56,792 bases of DNA from a virus. Its lineage: Duplodnaviria; Heunggongvirae; Uroviricota; Caudoviricetes. The DNA is taken from positions 64,001 to 120,792 of the IMG/VR virus record IMGVR_UViG_3300045146_000225, one strand, 5' to 3'. The position numbers and the translations under genes are program-made. Under the pieces are notes generated by a model. It ran no database searches. It was not told where the DNA came from and was given only the letters and a program-made list of their open reading frames with translations. The first letter of the stretch is position 1, and each line of letters opens with the position of its first letter. Of the stretch, positions 1 through 9,106 are shown piece by piece.

Positions 1-2
1 AG

Positions 3-305
3 TACAAGAGCGGTGCATCTAACTCCAAGGGTGAATCCCTTAAAACGGATTCTTGGACAAAGGATGGTGTGGAGTACGTGTGTGTCCTTAACCCCAACGC
101 TAGGACGCTGGCTGTAAAGGACACGTGTAGCAACGAGAATCCCAACGATATCTTCACCGGCAAGGTGTTCACGTATAACACCTTGGTTATGCTCAACGAG
201 AAGGTTATCAGACCCATGTTCAAGTACAGTTCGCACGACGATACCGCTGAGGATATAGCCGAACTAGTCAAGTCTTCCGAGTGTACTCCTGAAACAAATG
301 AATAA
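3..305 (+). CDS. Hypothetical protein, 5'-truncated by window edge
   Basis: Frame of ORF 69..305 is open back to position 3 (YKSGASNSKGESLK...); followed by a hairpin terminator. Confidence 0.6.
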   Translation, partial: YKSGASNSKGESLKTDSWTKDGVEYVCVLNPNARTLAVKDTCSNENPNDIFTGKVFTYNTLVMLNEKVIRPMFKYSSHDDTAEDIAELVKSSECTPETNE

Positions 306-323
306 ATTGCATTTATTTTAACA

Positions 324-363
324 ACAGCTTGGTCGCTTTGTGTTTGTGACCAAGCTGTATTTT
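324..363 (+). terminator. Intrinsic terminator
   Basis: 11-bp stem ACAGCTTGGTC (324-334) / GACCAAGCTGT (348-358) followed by ATTTTT. Confidence 0.7.
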
Positions 364-487
364 TCTAATACCTAAATTATCTTGAAAGATGGAAGTTGTT
401 AAAATTAAATTCGATGATGGTTCGGTGAGCGGCTCAACACCGTGTGAAAAAATAACACGGCGTTGTACAACATGTTGTTTTTAATGA

Positions 488-495
488 TATATTTG
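488..495 (+). promoter_or_regulatory. Bacteroidota-type -7 promoter box (TAnnTTTG)
   Basis: TATATTTG 21 nt upstream of the ATG at 517; same box recurs at 4844, 10422, 31774, 40265, 48813, 49267, 53452. Confidence 0.55.
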
Positions 496-516
496 TGTTA
501 ATAAAAAATAAATGAT

Positions 517-1065
517 ATGGGTGAAGTAGTTATAAGACCTTTGCATGACAGGATTATAGTCAGGATGGACGAGTGTGCCAGCGTGACGAGTGGTGGTATA
601 TTATTGACGGAAGATTCCGCTGATGTCCCCAACACGGCTACCGTTGTTGCTGTGGGTAACCTCGTTAACAGGGAAGGTTCTGACCTTAAACCCGGCGATA
701 GGGTCATGTTGATGGAACGCTGTGGGTTTAACGTCAAGGATGGTACCACTATAATCACGTGTAATGATGTTATAGGTGTTATCGGTGAATCTAGTTTCAA
801 ACCGATGCACGAGCGCGTGCTGGTGCTGATGGACGATGTTAATGACGTGACCGCAGGTGGCATCATATTGCCCGAAGATGGTGTCGATATAGTCAATACC
901 GGCACGGTGAAGGCGTATGGCTCGCTCGTGAACAAGCAGGGTGAAGACATTGAAGTGGGTGATACCGTTATGGTCACCAAGTACGCCGGGCTTAACGTCA
1001 ATGTCGGTGGTGTTGACCACAAGTTATTGTTGTGTAATGATATGATTGGTGTTATAGAACAATAA
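517..1065 (+). CDS. groES: Tandem double-domain co-chaperonin (GroES/Cpn10 x2, Cpn20-like)
   Basis: Two GroES units: IRPLHDRIIV..VTSGGILLT..VVAVG..KPGDRV..NDVIGV and FKPMHERVLV..VTAGGIILP..EVGDTVMVTKYAG..NDMIGV. Confidence 0.9.
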   Translation: MGEVVIRPLHDRIIVRMDECASVTSGGILLTEDSADVPNTATVVAVGNLVNREGSDLKPGDRVMLMERCGFNVKDGTTIITCNDVIGVIGESSFKPMHERVLVLMDDVNDVTAGGIILPEDGVDIVNTGTVKAYGSLVNKQGEDIEVGDTVMVTKYAGLNVNVGGVDHKLLLCNDMIGVIEQ

Positions 1066-1068
1066 TAT

Positions 1069-2466
1069 ATGCTTGTAGGTGTTGATTTAGAAGAAGACAA
1101 GTTGCGTGTATCGCATTACGATAGCGACGGAAGGCTGAAGTTCATAAAGAAGCAGATTAATGCTGACGACATGTTCAAATGGAACGTGACGGAACAGCCA
1201 ACAAGGTGGAAGACGTGGAACAACGCGTATATTTACCCGTCAATGACCAACAGGTTATCTAGGTTCAGGTTGGAGGAGCTGATGTTGAAGTACATCAAGG
1301 GTGATAGCCTCATGGTGCTAAATGAATTCAACAAGCCAAAGATAGCGTACCTCGATATAGAGAATTACGTTAACCAGAACAATGATTTTACAAAGCCGGA
1401 GCTTGCCGAGTTCCCTATAAACATCATATCCGTCCTTGTCGAGAATTGCGTGTACGTGCTGACTACATTGCCACAGATGTCGCCTGACGATATACGTAGG
1501 ATGGAATGCGAACTGAACGCTTACTTCAAGAAATACAACACGGCGTACACCATAAACTACCAGTTCTTCCAGAAGGAACTGCACTTGCTAACTTTTTTCT
1601 GCCACCACATGTTGCCTAAGCTTGGGTTCATCACCGGGTGGAACGTGCTAAACTACGACTGGCAGTATATAACCAACAGGTGCCAGAAGCTGGATATTGA
1701 TTTGACCAAGAAGTTACCATCGAGTGATCTCGGTATAAACAGGATACCGACGCATACAGCCATGATAGATTACATAGAGGCTGTCATGACGATGCGTTCA
1801 GTAAAGGACTTGGAGAACATGTCTCTGGAAACCGTGTCTAACAAGGTGCTCGATGTGGCCAAGTTGCACAACCCACATAAGTCGTTCTACGACTTCATCA
1901 ACGACACGTACATGTTCACGCTGTACAACATGATAGATAGCTGCCTTATACAGCTGATAGAGAACAAGACATCCACGCTAGACAGGTCTTTCGCAATAGC
2001 CAAGATAGCCAACATAGAGTTAAGCAGGACGTTCTCTTCGGTGTATATGACCGAGATGTTCCTTTGCCGGCAGTTCTACAACAACGGTATATTCTTGCCT
2101 GACATAAGGAAGAAGAAGGTGCAGAAAGACTTCAAGTACTCTGGTGCGTATGTCAAGCAGCCTATACCCGGGTTCTACGAGTACGTGTCGTGCTTCGACT
2201 TCAACTCGATGTACCCTAACATAGCGGTACAGTTCAACATATCGCCGGAGACGTATCTAGGCATGTGGGACAAGATAGATAAATCGACTTTACCTGCCAA
2301 TTACACGAGGACTGTAAAGGGTACCACGTTCGATAACACATATGATTCGGCAACTAGGTCGTTGCTCATAAAGTATTACGACACGAGGAAGATGTTCCAG
2401 AAGAACATGGCTGGTATAGAGGATGAGTTGAAGGAATTGCGTTCAAAATTACAGTGTGTGTCGTGA
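1069..2466 (+). CDS. Family B DNA polymerase, N-terminal part (3'-5' exonuclease + motif A); split enzyme
   Basis: ExoI YLDIE, ExoII GWNVLNYDW, ExoIII YNMIDS, YSGAYV and motif A FDFNSMYP; ends before motif B (KxxxNSxYG) and motif C (YGDTDS). Confidence 0.88.
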   Translation: MLVGVDLEEDKLRVSHYDSDGRLKFIKKQINADDMFKWNVTEQPTRWKTWNNAYIYPSMTNRLSRFRLEELMLKYIKGDSLMVLNEFNKPKIAYLDIENYVNQNNDFTKPELAEFPINIISVLVENCVYVLTTLPQMSPDDIRRMECELNAYFKKYNTAYTINYQFFQKELHLLTFFCHHMLPKLGFITGWNVLNYDWQYITNRCQKLDIDLTKKLPSSDLGINRIPTHTAMIDYIEAVMTMRSVKDLENMSLETVSNKVLDVAKLHNPHKSFYDFINDTYMFTLYNMIDSCLIQLIENKTSTLDRSFAIAKIANIELSRTFSSVYMTEMFLCRQFYNNGIFLPDIRKKKVQKDFKYSGAYVKQPIPGFYEYVSCFDFNSMYPNIAVQFNISPETYLGMWDKIDKSTLPANYTRTVKGTTFDNTYDSATRSLLIKYYDTRKMFQKNMAGIEDELKELRSKLQCVS

Positions 2467-2478
2467 ATATCTGCATAA

Positions 2479-3168
2479 TTGGTATGGCATAATGTAAAAA
2501 TATCATATATGTTAAAAAAAATAAAATCTATTATGGATGGTTTCGGGTTTAATTTAAGGTCTGTCGAGAAGCAGTACGTTGGTAAGAATTTCAAGCACAA
2601 GGTCGATACCAGTTACGATAAAGCCGGTAGTTACAACAAGTGTTCTGGTATTAGCAAGGGTGAACACGGGGAGTACATGTTGCAGATGGTTAACGGTGAA
2701 CCGATACCGTTGCGTAACGTCGATTACTACCTGGAGCCAATCAACTTCGACCCCGGTGAAGTTCCTGTTCTTGATGATTTCCAGTTCTCGGATGAAGAAA
2801 CAAAGCGCGAGTACGAGGTTGCTAAAATGAAGAAACTTGGTGTTGTCGCGCCACAGGAAATGTCACCGAACGTGCTTCTTGGTACACCAGTTGCCATTAC
2901 CAAACAACCTGTTGTTAATGCCGTAAGCGATGTTAAACCGATAGACATGTTCGGGAATCTAACGACATCCAAGACTAGCTTCAAGATGGCTGTCGATGTT
3001 GATATGCCCGACTTCATGCTAGTCAAGATGCTTTACAAGAACTCTGCAGATAAGGATAAATTCATAAACGACTTGTCTATCTACATAAAGAACGCTATGA
3101 CGATTGATGATATCAAGAGTTGCGTCGTGGCTAAACTAGGTGATTCGCAAGGCAAGAAGAGTATATAA
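2479..3168 (+). CDS. Hypothetical phage protein (start may be 2509 or 2533)
   Basis: Long ORF with backbone codon style between polB and helicase; no motif recognised. Confidence 0.7.
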   Translation: MVWHNVKISYMLKKIKSIMDGFGFNLRSVEKQYVGKNFKHKVDTSYDKAGSYNKCSGISKGEHGEYMLQMVNGEPIPLRNVDYYLEPINFDPGEVPVLDDFQFSDEETKREYEVAKMKKLGVVAPQEMSPNVLLGTPVAITKQPVVNAVSDVKPIDMFGNLTTSKTSFKMAVDVDMPDFMLVKMLYKNSADKDKFINDLSIYIKNAMTIDDIKSCVVAKLGDSQGKKSI

Positions 3169-3202
3169 TCATTTTTGTATTAACCTTTAATTTAGAAAAA
3201 TA

Positions 3203-4810
3203 GTGGTAACATTTTCGGAGAACATAGAGGTGTTCGAGAAGGCTATTCTCAAGTACTTGATAACGCAGGACGACGACTACGTTCTTGTTGATGAATTGAA
3301 CGTTGATGTTGATAAAGCTAGTATAATAAACCACATCCAGCCGTCGTTTTTCTCGATACAGGCGCACGCTGATTTGTTCAAGTGCATAAAGGACTTCTAC
3401 AAGTCGTACAATAACATCCCGAATAAGGACGAGTTGTTGAAGATGGTTGAACTGAAAGGTATAACAGTAGACCATAACGAGTTCAAGGAAATGATGCTGA
3501 TATCGCTGCACAAGTACTCCCCGGAATTCTTGTTCAAGTACTTGAAATCTTTCATACTCGTAAAGACGCTTAACAACCAGATTTCTAAGGTTGCCATCAA
3601 GTTGAAATCTACCAAGATAAACCCCGATAACATTAACGCTATATTCGATTACGTAAGGACATCGCTCGGTGAGGAAATTGACGTTGACTTGACCAATTCG
3701 AGCGATGGTCTCGATATATACGACCCCAAATCGCACATACAGCCTATAAAGAACACCAAATCGACAGGGTTCATGTACCTCGATACCGTTCTAGGTGGTG
3801 GGTGGGAGCCGAAGACATTCGTCGTGTTCGCTGGTCCACCCAAATGCGGTAAGTCTTTAACCCTTAGTAACCTGGCTGTACGTGCTGCTAACCTTGGTAA
3901 CAACGTCGGCGTGTTCACTGTGGAGCTTGGTGACAGGAAGTACACTAAACGTTTAGGTTCTAACCTTTTCAGCGTTCCGTACACCGAGTACAAGAATTAT
4001 TACGACGATAATAACCTCGGTAGCTTGAGGATGGCTATAAGCAGGTACAAGGAAGAGAACCCCAATGCAGGTGTCATCGACGTTAAGGAGTACCCGACTG
4101 GTTCGGCTAGTGTCATAGACATAGAGAACTACTTCTTGAAGATGCAGAAGAAGAAGAACATAAAGTACGACCTCGTAGTTGTTGATTATGTCAACCTTCT
4201 CAAACCAGAGGAGAACGACGAGGGTATGTACATGAAGATCAAGAAGATTTGCGAGGGATTGAGGAAGATAGCGCAGAGGAATAACTGGTGTGTTGTATCC
4301 GCGACGCAGGTTAAGCAGCAGTTCTTCACATCTAGTGATATGACTATGGATGCCGTGGCTGAATCGGCTGGTCTTGTCGCCACGGTCGATAGCTTGTTCA
4401 TGATAAGCGGTGATGAGCTTGGTTTGAAGTTCAAGAACGTCGCCAACCGGGACGAGGGTTACATGAATTCTTATGCTAATTACAAGAAGGTGTTCGATTA
4501 CTACAGGCTGGTTGAAGATGGTGATGGTTATTCGCACATGGAGCTTGGTTTATCATCTACGATAGATAAGTACAACCAGACCTATAACATAGGTGGTAAT
4601 ATTGGTAATGTTGGTAATACTAGTTTGAATTTAAACTTGAACTCTACTTCTACTGCTAGTGTTAATGTTAACGGTGGTGTCTCGAATCAACTATTGCAGC
4701 ATGCAGTGCAGCAACCAGTGATGCCTCAACAACAACCTATGTTTAATAACGGTGGTCACATCAACGTGAATGATGTTCTAAATAATATATCTTTGTCCCC
4801 GGTGAAATAA
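3203..4810 (+). CDS. Replicative helicase, DnaB/T4 gp41-like
   Basis: Walker A GPPKCGKS, FTVEL, Walker B VVVDYVNLL, VVSATQV, AES motif; N/Q-rich C-terminal tail. Confidence 0.88.
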   Translation: MVTFSENIEVFEKAILKYLITQDDDYVLVDELNVDVDKASIINHIQPSFFSIQAHADLFKCIKDFYKSYNNIPNKDELLKMVELKGITVDHNEFKEMMLISLHKYSPEFLFKYLKSFILVKTLNNQISKVAIKLKSTKINPDNINAIFDYVRTSLGEEIDVDLTNSSDGLDIYDPKSHIQPIKNTKSTGFMYLDTVLGGGWEPKTFVVFAGPPKCGKSLTLSNLAVRAANLGNNVGVFTVELGDRKYTKRLGSNLFSVPYTEYKNYYDDNNLGSLRMAISRYKEENPNAGVIDVKEYPTGSASVIDIENYFLKMQKKKNIKYDLVVVDYVNLLKPEENDEGMYMKIKKICEGLRKIAQRNNWCVVSATQVKQQFFTSSDMTMDAVAESAGLVATVDSLFMISGDELGLKFKNVANRDEGYMNSYANYKKVFDYYRLVEDGDGYSHMELGLSSTIDKYNQTYNIGGNIGNVGNTSLNLNLNSTSTASVNVNGGVSNQLLQHAVQQPVMPQQQPMFNNGGHINVNDVLNNISLSPVK

Positions 4811-4843
4811 TCCATATAGTGTTATTGGTATCATAGATATTTG

Positions 4844-4851
4844 TATATTTG
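4844..4851 (+). promoter_or_regulatory. Bacteroidota-type -7 box upstream of pepA
   Basis: TATATTTG 27 nt before ATG 4879. Confidence 0.5.
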
Positions 4852-4878
4852 TCGTGTAGTTTTTAATTTATAATTTAT

Positions 4879-6315
4879 ATGGTTAAAATTGGGTTTATAT
4901 CGAAAGTAGATGCTATTGGTAATATTCTGTATATAACAACAAAAGAGCTTGGGTTGCCTATTGAACTCACGGATGTTGAGCGATCATGGGTCGGGTCACA
5001 ATTTGAGCACAACAAGGATTTGGTGCATATTAACAGGTACGATAAACAAATTTATATCCTCTCTGTACCATCAAAGAAACAAGCGTGGCAAACATCAGAA
5101 TCATTGCGGTGTAGCGGTGCTGATGTGTTAAAGATGCTTAATACCTTGAAACAAGGATCTGTTTCAGTCGTCAACATGACTGGTGATTCTGGGGTGTTGG
5201 TTGATGTTGTCGAGGGTATGTACCTAGCTTCGTACCAGTTCATAAAGTATGTATCAGAGTATGACAAGAAATTAAACAGTGTTAAATTAATCAACGTCGT
5301 TGATGCAGATACTGATATATTTAATGGGTTGATAAATCTGTGGGATTCTGTTGGTGAAGTTAAAACTCTTGTTAATGAACCTGCCATATCATTATCAACC
5401 GTGGATTACGTGGATTATCTGCGTAAAATGTGTGGTAATTGTGGTATCACCCTCGATGTATTTGATAAGGAATGGCTCGTTGATAATGGTATGGGTGGTA
5501 TACTATCTGTAAATATGGGTAGTGTTGACCCGCCGTATTTATGTTCTATGGAGTGGAAGCCAGATGGACACATTAACAGTAAACCAATCGTTCTTATCGG
5601 TAAGGGTATCATGTACGATACGGGTGGATTAAGCCTCAAACCGTCTTCTTCTATGGAGACTATGAAGTCTGACATGGGTGGTTCAGCCGCTGTTACTGGT
5701 GTTATGAGGGCAATCGCGTTAAATAATATCCCACTAAACGTAATAGCTTTAATACCTATGACGGATAATATACCGGGTCCAAACGCGTATGCACCTGGTG
5801 ATGTTATAAAGATGCATAGTGGTATTTTTGTTGAGGTTCTTAATACTGATGCCGAAGGGAGGATGTTGCTTGCAGATGCGTTGAGTTTTGCTAAGAAATT
5901 CGACCCGCATATAGTTATTGATATTGCTACACTCACTGGTTCTGCTAGAGCTGCTGTTGGTGAAAATGCTTCTGTAATTATGGGTACTGCCGAGCAGAAG
6001 TATATAAACGACATCATCGAGTGTGGTCTATCCGTCCATGAGAGGCTTGTTCAGTTCCCATTATGGTATGATTACGGAGATATGATTAAATCTGATATTG
6101 CCGATATCAATAATACGGGTGGTCTTCTCGCCGGTGCGATTACTGCTGGTAAATTCCTAGAGAAGTTCACGTCATACCCTTGGATGCATATAGACATCGG
6201 TGGGTCAGCGTATAACACCAAGGGTGGTGATTACCGTGGTAAAGGTGCCACAGGAATGGGCGTTCGTCTCTTGTATTCATTCTTGAATACATGTGTTAGT
6301 GGTTTAAAAGGTTAA
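4879..6315 (+). CDS. pepA: Leucyl aminopeptidase (peptidase M17)
   Basis: IGKGIMYDTGGLSLK, MKSDMGG, NTDAEGRMLLADAL, DIATLTG, WMHIDI metal-binding motifs intact. Confidence 0.95.
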   Translation: MVKIGFISKVDAIGNILYITTKELGLPIELTDVERSWVGSQFEHNKDLVHINRYDKQIYILSVPSKKQAWQTSESLRCSGADVLKMLNTLKQGSVSVVNMTGDSGVLVDVVEGMYLASYQFIKYVSEYDKKLNSVKLINVVDADTDIFNGLINLWDSVGEVKTLVNEPAISLSTVDYVDYLRKMCGNCGITLDVFDKEWLVDNGMGGILSVNMGSVDPPYLCSMEWKPDGHINSKPIVLIGKGIMYDTGGLSLKPSSSMETMKSDMGGSAAVTGVMRAIALNNIPLNVIALIPMTDNIPGPNAYAPGDVIKMHSGIFVEVLNTDAEGRMLLADALSFAKKFDPHIVIDIATLTGSARAAVGENASVIMGTAEQKYINDIIECGLSVHERLVQFPLWYDYGDMIKSDIADINNTGGLLAGAITAGKFLEKFTSYPWMHIDIGGSAYNTKGGDYRGKGATGMGVRLLYSFLNTCVSGLKG

Positions 6316-6323
6316 TTATATTT

Positions 6324-6377
6324 TAAGATGCTATTGGTATGTTATTGTGAAATACTATAATAGCCAATAGCATCTTA
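6324..6377. terminator. Long hairpin after pepA, probable terminator
   Basis: Perfect 14-bp stem TAAGATGCTATTGG / CCAATAGCATCTTA with a 26-nt loop. Confidence 0.5.
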
Positions 6378-6463
6378 ATATTTCTCGGTGTATTAATTAT
6401 CTTTGTGTATCGCGCGTTCTTATATAAGAAATGGTGTAACCAGTTCAAAATAATTAAAAGCAC

Positions 6464-6940
6464 GTGACGCGTAAGAATAGCAAGAAGATACTAAATAACT
6501 CGTACACTAAGGGTGAAAACCTCAAGGGTGACGAATACGAGTTCGGTACAAAGTTGATTGTTGATGAGTCCCTTGTGTCGATGTACATGAAGGATACGTG
6601 TGGTATAAATGACATATTGTATTCGGATCTTGAATGTATTGTAGATGGTATAATGTGTTCTGACGATAGGGTCAAGACGATTGTTAATTCTGATGTTAAA
6701 GTGACGAGGATCGATATCAACTACGTGTTCGATGTCGTGTACGGTAAGTTCTCGACTGACATGAAGCTTGTTTCGAGTATAAATATATCGTACTTGTTCG
6801 ATATAATGGTTGGTTATCTTAGTATATCGCATGACTATATGTTCTCAATGTTGTCTTACCGCAATAAGGAAATAGTCGTATCATTGCTTATCAACGATGC
6901 TGATAATGATATAACTCGTAATGTTAAATTCATGGTTTAA
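6464..6940 (+). CDS. Hypothetical phage protein
   Basis: 158-aa ORF with backbone codon style. Confidence 0.6.
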   Translation: MTRKNSKKILNNSYTKGENLKGDEYEFGTKLIVDESLVSMYMKDTCGINDILYSDLECIVDGIMCSDDRVKTIVNSDVKVTRIDINYVFDVVYGKFSTDMKLVSSINISYLFDIMVGYLSISHDYMFSMLSYRNKEIVVSLLINDADNDITRNVKFMV

Positions 6941-6953
6941 AAATCGTGTATTC

Positions 6954-7127
6954 ATGGAAAATGTTGAATTTATTGATAGTATGTTTTATGGTGTCGGTAC
7001 TACTTTGTATTGGCTTGGCAAGTACCAGTTCACGCTAGACGAACTCGTGAGGGATAACGAGGGTAAACGTATTGTCGTCAATAAGAACTCGTTACCGGAG
7101 GTTTATTTTTGTATTATAAATGATTAA
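6954..7127 (+). CDS. Small hypothetical protein
   Basis: ATG at 6954, in frame with tracked ORF 6921..7127. Confidence 0.45.
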   Translation: MENVEFIDSMFYGVGTTLYWLGKYQFTLDELVRDNEGKRIVVNKNSLPEVYFCIIND

Positions 7128-7268
7128 CACGTAAAGTATATGTCGCGTATTTATAAATTATTATCCAAATTTAGTGATTTACATATAGTTGATTTGTATA
7201 TGGTTTACATGGTAATGATTGTTGTTTTGGTTTGTGTTCTTTATGCGTGGACTTATTGATTTTATATA

Positions 7269-8357
7269 ATGTTTAAAAACTGGCGCAGGATATACTTGGT
7301 ATCCGATTTGCACCTGGGGGTGCGTAACAATTCATTGTTCTGGAAGGACTCTATGGTTGGGTTCTTCGGTTGGTTCGTTGACGATATACGGTCTAAGGGG
7401 TTCGACCCCGACAAGGATGTTCTTTTCGTCCTCGGTGATGTGTTCAACTCGCGCGAGTCGGTGAACCTGATGCTTCTCGAAGAGTCCATAAACATATTCA
7501 CCAGGTTGTCGTCTGTTTTCAAGAACGGTGTGCATATAGTTGTGGGTAACCACGACACGTATTACGTGGACCACAACACTATTAATTCGGTTTCGTTCCT
7601 TAGCAGGATGGTGGATGGTGTCACGTGTTACCAGGACTCGTGTGTCCTCGATGTGAACGGTGTATCATTGAGGATATTGCCTTGGGTAACGTCGTTCGAT
7701 TCTATACATTCTACCCTCGGTGATGACACTTCGGACTACCTTTTCTGCCACATGGATATAAACGGCATGAAGTATTCTAGCGGTGTGGATATAGACAAGT
7801 GCGTAAGGCGTGACGTGCTTGATAAATACAAGGGTGTGTACTCCGGGCATATACACGTCAGGCAGTACAACGGTAACGTTGCCTATGTTGGTACACCTTA
7901 CCAGTTGGATACTGGCGATATAGGCAATTCAAGGGGGTACCATTACATTGATACCACGTGTGGTTGGGAGTTGAATTACGTCGAGAACACATTTTCGCCC
8001 AGGTTCACCATAATCACCATGGATAAGATGCTCGAGTTGTCTGTACCCGAGTTGAATGTGCTTATAGGTAACTCGTTCGTGGATGTGATATGCAATTCTA
8101 GGTTGTTCAACAAGATGGACCTTGTGCTTTTCAGGAAGAACCTATCCGAGCTGGGTGTATCTTTCTTGAAGATGGAGTTCACGGAACGCATGGATACGGA
8201 AGGCGTGGATACTGTCGAGGATATGCTAGGCAAGTTCACGTTCGATATATACGATTCCAGCATCTCCCTGTTGAAATCTAGCAAGAAGACGGATTCAGAG
8301 ATAGAAACCGTTATGGGTTACTTCGATATCCTGTACAAGAAGGTAAAAATGCAATGA
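7269..8357 (+). CDS. Mre11/SbcD/T4 gp47-like recombination nuclease
   Basis: Metallophosphoesterase motifs SDLHLG, GDVFN, VGNHD, CHMD, SGHIH, YVGTPYQ. Confidence 0.9.
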   Translation: MFKNWRRIYLVSDLHLGVRNNSLFWKDSMVGFFGWFVDDIRSKGFDPDKDVLFVLGDVFNSRESVNLMLLEESINIFTRLSSVFKNGVHIVVGNHDTYYVDHNTINSVSFLSRMVDGVTCYQDSCVLDVNGVSLRILPWVTSFDSIHSTLGDDTSDYLFCHMDINGMKYSSGVDIDKCVRRDVLDKYKGVYSGHIHVRQYNGNVAYVGTPYQLDTGDIGNSRGYHYIDTTCGWELNYVENTFSPRFTIITMDKMLELSVPELNVLIGNSFVDVICNSRLFNKMDLVLFRKNLSELGVSFLKMEFTERMDTEGVDTVEDMLGKFTFDIYDSSISLLKSSKKTDSEIETVMGYFDILYKKVKMQ

Positions 8358-8358
8358 T

Positions 8359-8667
8359 ATGGCTGAATATAATTTCCAACACGGTAGCTTCATAGTCCCC
8401 GATAATAATATAGGTTCTGGTTTCATATATTCGAGCGATTCTGTTTTATATGATGGAGTCGATTACAGGTTAGGTACACTTGACGAGTACTCGGTATTCT
8501 TCAAGACGGTCATGTCTGATATAAGGGAGACAAGCAACATGAACAAGTACATACATGATGGCATGAAGGTGGCGTCTGAACATACGAAAAGCAGGCAGAA
8601 GGAAGTCAATTATATCAATAAGATGTCTAATGTAGGTAAAAGAGTGGGCGGCGATGGAAAAAAATAG
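8359..8667 (+). CDS. Hypothetical protein
   Basis: Starts 1 nt after the upstream stop; operon packing. Confidence 0.6.
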   Translation: MAEYNFQHGSFIVPDNNIGSGFIYSSDSVLYDGVDYRLGTLDEYSVFFKTVMSDIRETSNMNKYIHDGMKVASEHTKSRQKEVNYINKMSNVGKRVGGDGKK

Positions 8668-9079
8668 AGTTGTCATGATTCCATCTGGATTCAGCAAAGG
8701 TAGGGAATCAATGGTGTTCTTCACATCCATACGCAGGATTATACGGGAGTACGAGGTGGAGTTCGGTATACATCCAGACACCATAATATGTAAAGGTAAC
8801 AGGTCTGATTTGATAGCTGGTACCATACGGAGTTTAATGAGTAATTACAACGTGTCGAACGCTGATGGTGATTATGATACTATAACATTGAAGTGTTCGA
8901 GTAAACCTACCATTAAGTGCATTGACAACGGTGGGGATATTCCGATGGGCAACTCGTTTGACGGTATGGTATGTAACGGTATACAACCACCAGATGTATC
9001 CAAGTATATGGACAGGTTTTCATATTTTATAGAACGAATGGTCAGTACCGATATGGAATTTGACGTGCTGGTGTTTTGA
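8654..9079 (+). CDS. Hypothetical protein
   Basis: Overlaps the upstream stop; operon packing. Confidence 0.6.
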   Translation: MEKNRVVMIPSGFSKGRESMVFFTSIRRIIREYEVEFGIHPDTIICKGNRSDLIAGTIRSLMSNYNVSNADGDYDTITLKCSSKPTIKCIDNGGDIPMGNSFDGMVCNGIQPPDVSKYMDRFSYFIERMVSTDMEFDVLVF

Positions 9080-9106
9080 TTAAATAAATAACAATAAACT
9101 TAACAT

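Noticed and set aside
4908-6339. 14-bp direct repeat AGATGCTATTGGTA near both ends of pepA
   Set aside because: One copy lies inside the coding sequence, and a single 14-mer match is expected by chance in AT-rich DNA of this length.
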